Notes: a model not told the origin generated them from the letters alone. 64,000 nt of DNA from an uncultured Saprospirales bacterium (GCA_938008535.1 CALLKF010000116.1:11376-75375), one strand, 5' to 3'; counted from the first letter of the stretch, positions 18,589-29,371 are shown. Made by a program: numbers and translations.

Positions 18589-19311
18589 CTATTTTGTTTT
18601 CACTTTCATGGGAACATTATAGCTGGCCAACAATACTTTTACTGCATCCATTAACTGTTTAACTTTTAAAGAATCAGTACCGTTATAAAATCCACGAATT
18701 TGCCCTTCTTTATCTATGATAGCAATTTTCTCGTCATGAATAAAATCTGTCGGTCCACCATCACCTTGTGTTGCAGTAATAAAATAGCCATTGCGTGCCA
18801 TTTTATAAATTTCCATCTTATCACCAGTTAATAAAAACCAATTTTTAGAACTGATATTATTATCAACAGCGTATTGAAATAATTGTTTTACAGAATCTGT
18901 TTCAGGATCTACTGTATGTGATAAAATTTGAACGTCTGGTTCATCATTAAACTCTTCTTGCACTTTTTTCATATTTTTATGCATATCAATACAAATGGTC
19001 TTACAAGTTGTAAAAAAGAAATCTACCAGTAAAATTTTACCACGCACACTATCTTTAGTAATTGTATCGCCTAATTGATTTATAAATTTGAAATCTGGAA
19101 TATGGAAATATGCTGTATCTACAAACTTCCTTCCTTTTGAATCTTCATTTTCAAAAGGACTTCTAGGTCCATAAATAGGTAAAACATGCTGCGTATCGAG
19201 CTTAGGTGCATCTTTATGTAAACGCATAAAGACCAACAAAAAAATTACTGGAAAAACAAACAAAAGTAGAATGGATAAAAAAAACGGTCTGTTATTTTTG
19301 GAAGAATTCAT
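18589..19311 (-). CDS. SCO-family copper chaperone / thioredoxin-fold protein
   Basis: N-terminal TM anchor, a CKTIC (CxxxC) motif and a conserved downstream His (SHTVDPETD). Confidence 0.8.
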   Translation of the reverse strand: MNSSKNNRPFFLSILLLFVFPVIFLLVFMRLHKDAPKLDTQHVLPIYGPRSPFENEDSKGRKFVDTAYFHIPDFKFINQLGDTITKDSVRGKILLVDFFFTTCKTICIDMHKNMKKVQEEFNDEPDVQILSHTVDPETDSVKQLFQYAVDNNISSKNWFLLTGDKMEIYKMARNGYFITATQGDGGPTDFIHDEKIAIIDKEGQIRGFYNGTDSLKVKQLMDAVKVLLASYNVPMKVKTK

Positions 19312-19329
19312 TAGTATTTAATTACTAGA

Positions 19330-19662
19330 TTACTTTATTAGGTAAAGTAATTTGTGTAAATAATTACCTTCAACACCAAATGCAATAATTGCCCAAAGAA
19401 GAAAAAATAAAGGCAATCCAAGTGACAACATAAAAACACGTTTTTCATATTTTAGGTGCATAAATTCACCAATAATAAAAAATGCTTTTGCAATAGATGC
19501 GATTGCATAAAATGGATTCATAATCCACTTTGGCAAATGTGGTCCGAGTATCAAAGCTGCTGCCACTTCTACTACTGTAACTATTGATAAAATAACAGTT
19601 ACTTTCCAAACACCAGCTACTTGTGCTTTATACTCTTCTTCTGTTAATTGATGATCGCTCAT
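19330..19662 (-). CDS. Cytochrome c oxidase subunit IV-family protein
   Basis: 110 aa with 3 TM segments, lying immediately downstream of the subunit III genes. Confidence 0.65.
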   Translation of the reverse strand: MSDHQLTEEEYKAQVAGVWKVTVILSIVTVVEVAAALILGPHLPKWIMNPFYAIASIAKAFFIIGEFMHLKYEKRVFMLSLGLPLFFLLWAIIAFGVEGNYLHKLLYLIK

Positions 19663-19710
19663 GATATATTTTAATTAGATTTTTATTGAATTGGTTATTA
19701 ATGAATTTTA

Positions 19711-20466
19711 TTACATTAAGTAAAAAGCTAAGAATACGAATACCCAAACTAAATCTACAAAGTGCCAGTACAAACCTAATTTTTCAATCATTTCATAGTG
19801 CCCACGTTTCTCAAAAGTACCATTAGCTGTTGCAAAGAAACCCCAAATATTTAAGCAAACACCAGTAAATACGTGGAATCCGTGAAAACCTGTGATACCA
19901 AAAAACAAAGCACCAAAAGCAACTGGACCAGGTGAAAACATAGGTTTTCCTTGTTCGTGTATATTCCAAAGTGTTGTTAAACCATCTTTACCTTCATAAA
20001 AAACATTATAAAACGGACGCATACCTTCAGCTAACAAATGTTGCCATTCCCAAGCTTGACAACCTAAAAATGCAGCACCACCTAAAATTCCCCAAAACAT
20101 CCAATACATTACACCATTTTTATTCATTCTATGTCCTTCTTGTACTGCACGTACAACAAAAACTGAACTCATAATCAAAATAAATGTCATGATGGAAACG
20201 AAACCCATTGGAATTTTATGGTGGCCCATAAAAGGCATTGCATTAAAAACATCATTTGGATTTGGCCACCATTTGTGCCCCAATCTTAAGCATGCATATG
20301 CTATTAAGAATGCTGAAAATGTAAATGCATCAGACAATAAGAAATACCACATCATGGTTTTTCCGTAGCTAATATTCATCGGTGACTTTTCACCACCTTC
20401 ACCATTATCAGGCGTTGGTAATTGATGTGCTGTATGATGCTCTTTTATTTCTAAAACTTCTGCCAT
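19711..20466 (-). CDS. Cytochrome c oxidase subunit III
   Basis: 251 aa polytopic protein with GFHGFHVFTGV and HFVDLVWVFVF motifs. Confidence 0.85.
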   Translation of the reverse strand: MAEVLEIKEHHTAHQLPTPDNGEGGEKSPMNISYGKTMMWYFLLSDAFTFSAFLIAYACLRLGHKWWPNPNDVFNAMPFMGHHKIPMGFVSIMTFILIMSSVFVVRAVQEGHRMNKNGVMYWMFWGILGGAAFLGCQAWEWQHLLAEGMRPFYNVFYEGKDGLTTLWNIHEQGKPMFSPGPVAFGALFFGITGFHGFHVFTGVCLNIWGFFATANGTFEKRGHYEMIEKLGLYWHFVDLVWVFVFLAFYLM

Positions 20467-20484
20467 TGGTTGAGCTTTATTCGA

Positions 20485-21120
20485 TTAATGATTTAAATTT
20501 AAAGATAGAAAAATAAATAAATACAACCACAACAAACCCATAAAATGCCAATACATAGACAATAGATCAGTTCTAATTGCAAATTTTCCTTTTTGTGAAT
20601 TTTCTAATTCTGAAATAATATCGTTGCTTGTTGGTTGACGTAACTTAAATAGCGAACGAGTAGTTGCGACTATCATGAAAAGTAATCCACAAAAAACATG
20701 TAATGCATGAAATGCTGTAATTACATAAAAGAATGGACCCGCTGGATTTGGATTATAGGATAAATAAATACCTTGATTTGTTAATTGAGTCCAACCTGTC
20801 ACTTGAAAAACACAAAATAATATACCTAAAAATGTAGTCGTAAATAATCCAGCTGCTGACATTATCTTATTTCCTTTTTTATTAGAAATATGTGCAACTA
20901 TTAGAGACATACTGCTTAACATTATCATTAAGGTTGAAACGTTGAAAATTGATGGCATTGTGAATGCTGACCACGCGCCACCTGCGCCTTTACGCACAAT
21001 AAATGCACTTGTAAAACCACCAAATGTCATCATAATAGAAACAATTGCCATCCACATAGTGAAACGTTGTGCACCTTGGTTGCCAAATTTTGTCTTATTA
21101 TATGTTACAGTCAAACTCAT
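20485..21120 (-). CDS. Cytochrome c oxidase subunit III-like protein (second copy)
   Basis: 211 aa with FHALHVFCGL and WHFMGLLWLYLF motifs. Its start overlaps the cyoE stop by 1 nt (TAATG). Confidence 0.75.
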   Translation of the reverse strand: MSLTVTYNKTKFGNQGAQRFTMWMAIVSIMMTFGGFTSAFIVRKGAGGAWSAFTMPSIFNVSTLMIMLSSMSLIVAHISNKKGNKIMSAAGLFTTTFLGILFCVFQVTGWTQLTNQGIYLSYNPNPAGPFFYVITAFHALHVFCGLLFMIVATTRSLFKLRQPTSNDIISELENSQKGKFAIRTDLLSMYWHFMGLLWLYLFIFLSLNLNH

Positions 21121-22025
21121 TAAATTTTATCTAATACTAATGCTAAAAAAACAACTGGCAAATAAATAAAGGAAGCAAACATAAGTTTTCTTGCACTTTT
21201 ATCTGACAAATCAGTTGCTAACTGAATACCTGCACTTAGAAAATATATTCCAGCAATTAAGGATACAATTAAAGAAGCAATTCCTGAAATATTTAATATA
21301 AATGGCAAAGCACTAACTGCTAATAAGCCAATTAAATATGGAATATTTTGCAGAGCTGTATTACGAGTTTTGCCTTCATTTGATGGCAATAAAAAATAGC
21401 CAGCTTTTTTATAGTCTTCATCTAATAACCATGCGATAGACCAAAAATGTGGTATTTGCCAAAAGAATTGAATAGTAAATAAAACAATACCAATGGTACC
21501 AATGGTACCAGAAGCAGCTGTGTAACCAATTAACAATGGAATAGAACCAGGAATCGCTCCGATAAATACTGAAACAGGACTTATTCTTTTAAATGGTGTG
21601 TATATGAAAGCGTACGAAATCAATGCTAATGCACCTAATAAACCACTTAAAGTATTAAAATAAAACGCTAAAATAAGAATACCACTTACACCAGTAATAC
21701 CTGCTACAATATATGCTTCAACTAGTTTCATTCTTCCAGCTGGTAATGGACGATTTTGTGTTCTTGTCATCAATTTATCTAAATCTTTTTCAATAATTTG
21801 ATTTACTGTATTAGAAGATGCAGTTACTAAAAATCCTCCGAGGAATAAAAAAAATACATTTGACCAAATTATTGCTGCATCTATTGTCAATAGATAAGAC
21901 ATAATAGCTGAAAAAACAACTAATAATGAAAGTCTTAACTTTGTCAATTCCATAATATCTTTCAACTTTAGTGAAAGAACTTTAAAGAAAGACAACTGAC
22001 TATTATTTACAACTTTTGTATTCAT
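21120..22025 (-). CDS. cyoE: Protoheme IX farnesyltransferase (heme O synthase)
   Basis: UbiA-family motifs (NQIIEKDLDKLMTRTQNRPLPAG) in a polytopic 301-aa protein. Confidence 0.9.
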   Translation of the reverse strand: MNTKVVNNSQLSFFKVLSLKLKDIMELTKLRLSLLVVFSAIMSYLLTIDAAIIWSNVFFLFLGGFLVTASSNTVNQIIEKDLDKLMTRTQNRPLPAGRMKLVEAYIVAGITGVSGILILAFYFNTLSGLLGALALISYAFIYTPFKRISPVSVFIGAIPGSIPLLIGYTAASGTIGTIGIVLFTIQFFWQIPHFWSIAWLLDEDYKKAGYFLLPSNEGKTRNTALQNIPYLIGLLAVSALPFILNISGIASLIVSLIAGIYFLSAGIQLATDLSDKSARKLMFASFIYLPVVFLALVLDKI

Positions 22026-22049
22026 TTTAGATAGTATACTTTTAATCTT

Positions 22050-23867
22050 TTAATGGTCTGCTTCTGTTTTTTCTTTATCTGTTAGCGGAACATTTTGTGG
22101 AATAAAGTCAGATTCGTTACCTGGTCTGCTATAATCGTATGCCCATCTGTGAACTTCTGGAATATCACCATGCCAATTACCGTGAATGCCTTCTACTGGT
22201 GAAGTCCATTCTAATGTATTTGCATTCCACGGATTTTGAGTTGATTTTTTACCTTTAAAAATACTCCAAAAGAAATTTACTAAAAATAAAAACTGAGCAA
22301 AAAACACTATAATAGCAGCAATACTAATTACTTTATTCATACCATTGAAAACTGCAAAAATTTCAAAGTTATTATTAGTATAATATCTACGTGGAACACC
22401 TGCTAACCCTTGGAAATGCATTGGCCAAAATATTAAATAAGAACCAACGAATGTAATTGCAAAATGTATATACGCAAGATTTGTGTTCATCATTCTTCCA
22501 AACATACGTGGAAACCAATGATAGATTCCTGCGAACATACCAAAGAATGCTGCAATACCCATTACAATATGGAAATGTGCTACTACAAAATAGGTGTCAT
22601 GCAATTGTATGTCAATTGTTGAATTACCTAACCAAATACCTGTTAAACCTCCTGAAATAAACATTGAAACAAACCCAACAGCAAAAATAAATGGTGGTGT
22701 AATATGTAAATTTCCTTTCCAGATAGTAGTAATCCAGTTAAATACTTTTACAGCAGAAGGAATTGCAATTAATAAGGTAAAAAATGTAAATACAGACCCT
22801 AAGAACGGATTAATACCTGCCATAAACATATGGTGAGCCCAAACAATGAAACCTAAAATTGTTATACCTAAGATAGAAAAAATCATTGCTTTGTAACCAA
22901 AGATTGGTTTACGAGCATGAACAGCTAGAATTTCGGAAACCATACCCATTGCTGGTAAAATAACGATATAAACTTCAGGATGTCCCAAGAACCAAAACAA
23001 ATGTTGAAATAAGATTGGCGAACCACCAGCATAAGGTTGAGGAACACCTCCAATTACTATATGTGATAAATAGAAACTTGTTCCTAATGTTCTATCGAAT
23101 ATAAGTAATACTACTCCTGAAACCAATACTGGGAACGATAAAATACCTATGATTGCAGTAAAGAAAAGAGCCCAAACAGTTAAAGGCATTTTAAATAAGC
23201 TCATACCTTTAGTACGCATATTTAAAATAGTTGAAACATAATTTAAACCGCCTAATAATGTAGAAACTACGAATAGAACCATCGCTAATAACCAAAGTGA
23301 CATACCATCACCAGAACCAGGTGATGTTTGAGGCAAAGCACTTAGTGGTGGATAAATTGTCCAACCTGCAGAAGCTGCACCTGTTGGTAAAAAGATAGAT
23401 GCAAACATAATAATACCTGAAATAACAAAGAACCAATAAGATAATGCATTCATTAAAGGAGAAGCCATATCACGTGCACCTATTTGCAATGGAATTAATA
23501 CGTTTGCGAATGTACCACTCAAACTAGCAGTTAATACAAAAAACACCATGATGGTACCATGCATAGTAATTAATGAATAGTATGCTTCAGGATTTAATTT
23601 TCCATCAGTGTACCATGCGCCAAACATTCTTTCTAAAAATGGAAAAGTTTCATCAGGCCAACCTAATTGTATACGAAATAAGACAGAAAATAAACCACCG
23701 ATTACTGCCCAAATCATTCCAGTAATCAAGAATTGTTTTCCAATAGTTTTGTGGTCTAAACTGAATATATATTTAGAAATAAAAGTTTCTGTATGATGAT
23801 GACCTCCGTCGTGACCATGTGCAGTTGTATGAGCATGTTGTTCGGTTACAGTATGTAAAGTTTCCAT
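22050..23867 (-). CDS. ctaD: Cytochrome c oxidase subunit I
   Basis: Heme-copper oxidase signature (WFLGHPEVYIVILP, WAHHMF, VVAHFHIVM); 605 aa. Confidence 0.95.
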   Translation of the reverse strand: METLHTVTEQHAHTTAHGHDGGHHHTETFISKYIFSLDHKTIGKQFLITGMIWAVIGGLFSVLFRIQLGWPDETFPFLERMFGAWYTDGKLNPEAYYSLITMHGTIMVFFVLTASLSGTFANVLIPLQIGARDMASPLMNALSYWFFVISGIIMFASIFLPTGAASAGWTIYPPLSALPQTSPGSGDGMSLWLLAMVLFVVSTLLGGLNYVSTILNMRTKGMSLFKMPLTVWALFFTAIIGILSFPVLVSGVVLLIFDRTLGTSFYLSHIVIGGVPQPYAGGSPILFQHLFWFLGHPEVYIVILPAMGMVSEILAVHARKPIFGYKAMIFSILGITILGFIVWAHHMFMAGINPFLGSVFTFFTLLIAIPSAVKVFNWITTIWKGNLHITPPFIFAVGFVSMFISGGLTGIWLGNSTIDIQLHDTYFVVAHFHIVMGIAAFFGMFAGIYHWFPRMFGRMMNTNLAYIHFAITFVGSYLIFWPMHFQGLAGVPRRYYTNNNFEIFAVFNGMNKVISIAAIIVFFAQFLFLVNFFWSIFKGKKSTQNPWNANTLEWTSPVEGIHGNWHGDIPEVHRWAYDYSRPGNESDFIPQNVPLTDKEKTEADH

Positions 23868-23898
23868 ATAAAGGATTTTGAGTGCTTAATTTTTAAAA

Positions 23899-25425
23899 TT
23901 ATTTTTTTGTAACTCTGATATCAATTCTTCTATTTTGCTGACGACCTGCATCAGAATTATTAGAAGCAACTGGATATTGTTCGCCATAACCTTCTGATTT
24001 TAATCTTGAAGAAGCTATACCTAATTTTACCAATTCATTCATAACCATGCTTGCTCTATCAGCAGAAAGTTTTTGATTAGATTCTGGCTTACCTACATTA
24101 TCTGTGTATCCACCTAATTTAATTTCAACTGAAGGAAATGCTTTTAATATTTCTGCAACATTTTTTAATTGTTGCTGAGAAGATGGAATCAAAGTTGCTT
24201 TTCCATTTTCAAATAATAATCTATCAAAAGAAAACCATAGGTCTTTAGAAATAGCTTTATCACTTTTAATAAACTCAATCAACTTTTCTTCTACACCAGC
24301 TGCTTTTGCGCCTTCTAATTCAAACCCATTTGATAATTTTTGAGTGAAACCACTTACATTTTCGACACTAACTACAGGTTCGCCTTCTGCCACTTTACCA
24401 GCACTTTCTTGAGGAATAGAACTGCTATTTACTTTATAAGTTCCTTCATCCATTGCAGGTTTTACGACAGTTTGGTAATATGATTTTTGTTCATCAGACC
24501 ATTTTTGATATTCAGGTAATTCCAATACTCGAACTTTCTTTTGCATATTGTAATGACCAGAACCACATAATTTGTTACATGCTAACACATATTCATAATT
24601 TGGATTTTTAGTAATTACTTTCATCTCAGCAGAAGTGATAGTTGGTTTAAACCAAAATGATGTTGGCACACCTGGAACTGCATCCATCATTATACGCATT
24701 TGAGGTAAAAAGAAATCATGAATAACATCCAATGCTCCAATATTTGCATATACTGTTTTTCCTTTAGGTAAAACTAAATCATCAGCTATAAAATCATCAT
24801 GGCTCGCTGGATCATTCCAATCTATACCTAATTCGTTATCACCATTTACTAATGTAAAATCACGTTTTCCTAATTTTCCATCTTTACCAGGATAACGCAA
24901 AATCCATGCGAATTGTTTTCCTGTTACTTCAACTTCTACTACATCTCTAGGACGACCTTTAAATACATTAAAAATTGTGTACCATCTCCAAATACCTACA
25001 CCTATTAATACCGTCAAGACAATTGCTGGAATAACAGTCCAAACAACTTCTAAAGTGTTATTATGTGGATAGAAATATGCTTTTCTATCTGATTTGAAAT
25101 GATATTTGTATACAAACCAAAATAGAATTGCTTGTGTGATAACAAAAACTACTCCTGTAATGATTAATGTTACAGTGATTAATTGTTGAACCCAAACACC
25201 TTCTTGAGATGCTGGTTGAGGTAGAATCATATCTTTATAAAAATATGAGGATACTAATGAGTAAATTAATATTCCAAAACCTATAACAGACAAAAACAAA
25301 GCACCTTTACTGTGATCTTCCTGTTCACCAACTTTCAATTCCTTTATAAGGTCTGATGCTTTTCCTATCTGCACTACTACAATGTACAGCAATATAATCG
25401 TCAGAATTCCTAATAATATAGACAT
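23899..25425 (-). CDS. ctaC: Cytochrome c oxidase subunit II fused to a C-terminal OmpA-like domain
   Basis: CuA ligand pattern H236 ... C283-NKL-C287-GSG-H291-YN-M294. Residues ~397-508 read WFSFDRLLFENGKATL...LGGYTDNVG...LSADRA...NRRIDIRV, which is the OmpA C-terminal (peptidoglycan-binding) consensus. Confidence 0.85.
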   Translation of the reverse strand: MSILLGILTIILLYIVVVQIGKASDLIKELKVGEQEDHSKGALFLSVIGFGILIYSLVSSYFYKDMILPQPASQEGVWVQQLITVTLIITGVVFVITQAILFWFVYKYHFKSDRKAYFYPHNNTLEVVWTVIPAIVLTVLIGVGIWRWYTIFNVFKGRPRDVVEVEVTGKQFAWILRYPGKDGKLGKRDFTLVNGDNELGIDWNDPASHDDFIADDLVLPKGKTVYANIGALDVIHDFFLPQMRIMMDAVPGVPTSFWFKPTITSAEMKVITKNPNYEYVLACNKLCGSGHYNMQKKVRVLELPEYQKWSDEQKSYYQTVVKPAMDEGTYKVNSSSIPQESAGKVAEGEPVVSVENVSGFTQKLSNGFELEGAKAAGVEEKLIEFIKSDKAISKDLWFSFDRLLFENGKATLIPSSQQQLKNVAEILKAFPSVEIKLGGYTDNVGKPESNQKLSADRASMVMNELVKLGIASSRLKSEGYGEQYPVASNNSDAGRQQNRRIDIRVTKK

Positions 25426-25438
25426 GTTTCTTTAATTT

Positions 25439-26758
25439 TTAGATATGATGCTTATAACTTTCTTTTACATAAGGATGTGTACTTGATTCTAAATCTTTTA
25501 TTTTAGATAACATCGTGAGTACTAAGTAACCAAATATACTTCCAATCATTAATAATAAACCAATACTTACAATTCCAAAACCATCTTTAGGCAATAACAT
25601 TGGGCAATTCATTAAGAAAAACCATGCAAATTGTCCAAAAATAATAATAAATGCTGCAATTAATGTAGCTGTTCTACTTCTCTTAGAATTACGTTTCATT
25701 AGAATAAAGAAAGGTAAAACAAAATTGCAAATAATGGCAAAGTGGAACAAAAATCCATAGTTATCTGTGTTTCTTCTCAAACGAAAGAACTCAGTTTCTT
25801 CTGGAATATTTGCATACCAAATTAGCATGTATTGTGAAAAGAAAGTATACATCCAAAACACACTAATAGCAAACATTAATTTAGCAACATCGTGTTCATG
25901 ATTCACATTTACATTTGGCAAATAACCTTTGCTTTTTAAGAAATGTATAAGGATAATTACTATAGACAACATGGTTACAGCAGCACCAGCCATTGTGTTC
26001 CAAGTATACATTGTACTATACCAATGTGGTTGTATTGACATTGACCAATACCATGTTGCAAATGTATTTATTACGAATGAAATTACTACAATTGAAATAG
26101 CTGCAAATAATCTGCTTGATGAAAATAGTTTTAAAGATGGATTAGTATCCATTTCTGTTAAAGTTTTCCACCATTTATAAACAAGAAACACTGCAGAAAC
26201 AGCAATAACAATATTAAATGACCAAAACCAATTCATGCTTAAAAAATCGCCATGTTTAAGAGCTAATAATGCGTCAAAACGTGGATCTTTTGGATCGTAT
26301 AAATAGTCGTGTGTCCATTCAAAAATATCATGTTTAAAGAATATAAACATAGTGAATAGACAAATTAAGAAAAATACAACTGTGGTAGAAATAGCCAGCG
26401 GGATTTTTTGGAATGAAACTTGCCAGCCACCCCAAGCTATGTTAGTTGCAGATAAAAAAAACAGTGCTGCAATAGCAATATAAAATCCAAAATAAAACAA
26501 ACTATAAATATTTGCTTTTACTAATAAACCTACTGAAGCTTCAGCATGATGTCCATGACCAGCTTCTGCCTCATGTGTATCAGTTGATTCATTGTTGCTA
26601 CCTTTAGCAACTATTTCCGTTTTAGCAACGCTAGTGTGTTCTTCTTTTGTTTTACTGCTACCTGAAAAGAATATGCCTAATACCAATAACAGAACTCCAA
26701 TTCCGAAAGATATAAACAGCTTTTTCTGAGTGCTCGAATCAAAAACGTATGTATTCAT
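25439..26758 (-). CDS. actF: Alternative Complex III subunit ActF (polytopic membrane subunit)
   Basis: 439 aa with about 10 TM segments; its position after ActE matches canonical actABCDEF order. Confidence 0.7.
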   Translation of the reverse strand: MNTYVFDSSTQKKLFISFGIGVLLLVLGIFFSGSSKTKEEHTSVAKTEIVAKGSNNESTDTHEAEAGHGHHAEASVGLLVKANIYSLFYFGFYIAIAALFFLSATNIAWGGWQVSFQKIPLAISTTVVFFLICLFTMFIFFKHDIFEWTHDYLYDPKDPRFDALLALKHGDFLSMNWFWSFNIVIAVSAVFLVYKWWKTLTEMDTNPSLKLFSSSRLFAAISIVVISFVINTFATWYWSMSIQPHWYSTMYTWNTMAGAAVTMLSIVIILIHFLKSKGYLPNVNVNHEHDVAKLMFAISVFWMYTFFSQYMLIWYANIPEETEFFRLRRNTDNYGFLFHFAIICNFVLPFFILMKRNSKRSRTATLIAAFIIIFGQFAWFFLMNCPMLLPKDGFGIVSIGLLLMIGSIFGYLVLTMLSKIKDLESSTHPYVKESYKHHI

Positions 26759-26771
26759 TGCGAGAGTCTTT

Positions 26772-27368
26772 TTATTTTGTTTTTGTTGAATCTGTTTTCA
26801 CTGTTTCTGCAACAGGTTTGCTTGCTTCTTGAAGAGTTTTTACATAACTCAACACTAACCATCTTTCTCTATGGTTTAACTGACTTGCATAAGAACCCAT
26901 CATATTTTTACCATACATTAAGGTATGATATCTTTGACCATCTGATAATGACAATAATGGTTCATTAAGATAAGATGGTGGTGGTGGAAATTTGTCAATT
27001 TGAACTAAATGACCTTGTCCATCGCCTTTATCACCATGACATATAGCACAATTAACTGTAAATAAATGTTTTCCTTCAACGCCAATTTCATCTTTTGTAA
27101 AAACAAAAGGGTTTGTAATTAAAGTAGCAGCTTTTATGTATTCAGTATCAGCTAATGGATATAAATATTTCCCACGAGCAATACTTCCTGCAGGTGCTAA
27201 CTGGTTTGTTTTACCGTCTTTATATATAGGGTTTGCAGATCCTGCTTCGTAAGGAATTGCATTCACCATATCAGCCATGTATTGTCTTCCAGGTTGTTGA
27301 GAACTTCTTATGCAAGAAGAAAACCCAATAACAACTGTCAATAGTATGATTAAATATTTTTTTAACAT
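26772..27368 (-). CDS. actE: Alternative Complex III monoheme cytochrome c lipoprotein ActE
   Basis: Lipobox LTVVIGFSSC and a single CAICHG heme motif. The start was moved to the ATG at 27368, 4 nt after the ActD stop. Confidence 0.75.
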   Translation of the reverse strand: MLKKYLIILLTVVIGFSSCIRSSQQPGRQYMADMVNAIPYEAGSANPIYKDGKTNQLAPAGSIARGKYLYPLADTEYIKAATLITNPFVFTKDEIGVEGKHLFTVNCAICHGDKGDGQGHLVQIDKFPPPPSYLNEPLLSLSDGQRYHTLMYGKNMMGSYASQLNHRERWLVLSYVKTLQEASKPVAETVKTDSTKTK

Positions 27369-27372
27369 GATA

Positions 27373-27903
27373 TTATACTTCTTTTTGATAAACTTCAATC
27401 GCACCTTCATTTTTTAATAATTCAGAAACTGCATTAATATAATTTGAATCTTTGTTTTTGTCTAACTCAAATGTCATAGCAAACAAATGATCTGTTGTTC
27501 TTTCATCAATAATTACAGGTTTTTTTCCAGGCCACAATTTGCATAAATAATAGAAAGAAACGGTCATTCCAATAGCAGCAAAAAGTACAGTATGCTCAAA
27601 AGTGATAGGAACATAAGCTAACAAACCCCAATTAGGCTTACCTCCAAAATCTGTAGGATAGTTAAATTTATTAATGAAAGTTATCATGCTTAGCGCAACT
27701 GTTAATCCAGTTGCACCAAAGAAGAAACCTGCCGTATGTATTCGTGTTGGTTCTAAACCCAATTTGTGTTCTAAACCATGTACTGGAAATGGTGTATAAA
27801 CATCTGTGATATCATAACCAGCATGACGAATATGTTCTACAGCATGCAACAAAACGTCGTCATCATCGAACATTCCTACTAAATATTTTTTTGCTTCGCT
27901 CAT
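27373..27903 (-). CDS. actD: Alternative Complex III subunit ActD (DUF3341)
   Basis: 176 aa with an N-terminal soluble part and two TM segments; gene order supports the call. Confidence 0.7.
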   Translation of the reverse strand: MSEAKKYLVGMFDDDDVLLHAVEHIRHAGYDITDVYTPFPVHGLEHKLGLEPTRIHTAGFFFGATGLTVALSMITFINKFNYPTDFGGKPNWGLLAYVPITFEHTVLFAAIGMTVSFYYLCKLWPGKKPVIIDERTTDHLFAMTFELDKNKDSNYINAVSELLKNEGAIEVYQKEV

Positions 27904-27931
27904 AATTATTACTAATAATGATTATAAATTT

Positions 27932-29371
27932 TTAATCCCAATTTTTTGAATCCACACTCACATTATCATATACTTTCTGGTCTTTTAATTCATCTAATTG
28001 ACCTTGTCTATATTGATTTCCAGAAACTTTCAAGATTGATTTAACTTCAGCAATTGCAATTGCTGGAAAAAATCTACAGAACATTAAAAATAGAGTCATA
28101 AATAAACCAATTGTTCCTACAAAAATGCCAATCTCTACCCAAGATGGTGAATAATACACCCAACTAGAAGGTAAATAATCTCTATGTAATGAAGTTACGA
28201 TAATTACAAAGCGTTCGAACCACATACCAATATTTATTAGGATAGACATAGCAAATGTAACACCTATATTTCTTCTTAATTTTCTAAACCAAAATACTTG
28301 AGGAGAAACTAAATTGCAAAACATCATTCCAAAATATGACCACCAATATGGACCCATTGCTCTGTTTGCAAATGCGTAACTTTCATACATGTTTCCTGAA
28401 TACCATGCTGTAAAAAGCTCTGTTAAGTAAGCTATACCAACCATAGTACCTGTCAGTAACATTACCTTGTTCATTGACTCGATATGTGCTAAAGTGATGT
28501 AATCTTTTAAATCCATTACATGACGAGCCACTAACATTAATGTTAGAACCATTGCAAATCCTGAAAATATCGCACCTGCAACGAAATAAGGAGGCATGAT
28601 AGTGGTGTGCCAACCTGGAACAATAGAAGTTGCAAAGTCAAAAGATACGATAGTATGTACAGATAAAACCAATGGAGTAGATAAACCTGCTAAAATTAAA
28701 GATAATGATTCCCAACGTTCCCAATGTTTTGCTGTACCAATCCATCCAAATGATAAGAAATTATAGAAATTCCATCTTCCTTTAGTTTTAGATTGATCTC
28801 TAATGGTAGCAAAATCTGGAACTAAACCAGTGTACCAAAACAATAAAGAAACAGTAAAATAAGTTGAAATCGCAAAAACGTCCCAAAGTAATGGTGATGT
28901 AAAGTTTACCCAAAGTGGGCCACGTGTATTTGGATATGGAAAAATGAAAAATGCATCCCAAACACGTCCCATATGGAAAATTGGAAATTGACCTGCGCAA
29001 ATTACCGCAAAGATGGTCATAGCTTCTGCTGCACGGTTTACACCAGTACGCCATTTTTGACGAAATAATAATAAAATTGCTGAAATTAAAGTACCAGCGT
29101 GACCAATACCAATCCACCAAACGAAATTGGTGATGTCCCAAGCCCAGCCAACTGTTTTATTAGCGCCCCAAGTTCCGATGCCGAAACAAACTTCCCAAGT
29201 GATACAGAAGACAAACAAACCGGCAACTGCTGCAGAAACAGAAGTCCAAAACAACCATTTAGGTTGAATTTTACCAGTAGTTGGTCTAACGATATCGTTG
29301 GTAATATCTTTATACGTTTTATTACCGTTAATTAACGGTTCGCGTAGTGGTGATTCAAAATGACTTGCCAT
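27932..29371 (-). CDS. actC: Alternative Complex III quinol-binding membrane subunit ActC (NrfD/PsrC-like)
   Basis: 479-aa polytopic protein resembling the NrfD family, lying downstream of the Mo-pterin-like/FeS subunit. Confidence 0.85.
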   Translation of the reverse strand: MASHFESPLREPLINGNKTYKDITNDIVRPTTGKIQPKWLFWTSVSAAVAGLFVFCITWEVCFGIGTWGANKTVGWAWDITNFVWWIGIGHAGTLISAILLLFRQKWRTGVNRAAEAMTIFAVICAGQFPIFHMGRVWDAFFIFPYPNTRGPLWVNFTSPLLWDVFAISTYFTVSLLFWYTGLVPDFATIRDQSKTKGRWNFYNFLSFGWIGTAKHWERWESLSLILAGLSTPLVLSVHTIVSFDFATSIVPGWHTTIMPPYFVAGAIFSGFAMVLTLMLVARHVMDLKDYITLAHIESMNKVMLLTGTMVGIAYLTELFTAWYSGNMYESYAFANRAMGPYWWSYFGMMFCNLVSPQVFWFRKLRRNIGVTFAMSILINIGMWFERFVIIVTSLHRDYLPSSWVYYSPSWVEIGIFVGTIGLFMTLFLMFCRFFPAIAIAEVKSILKVSGNQYRQGQLDELKDQKVYDNVSVDSKNWD

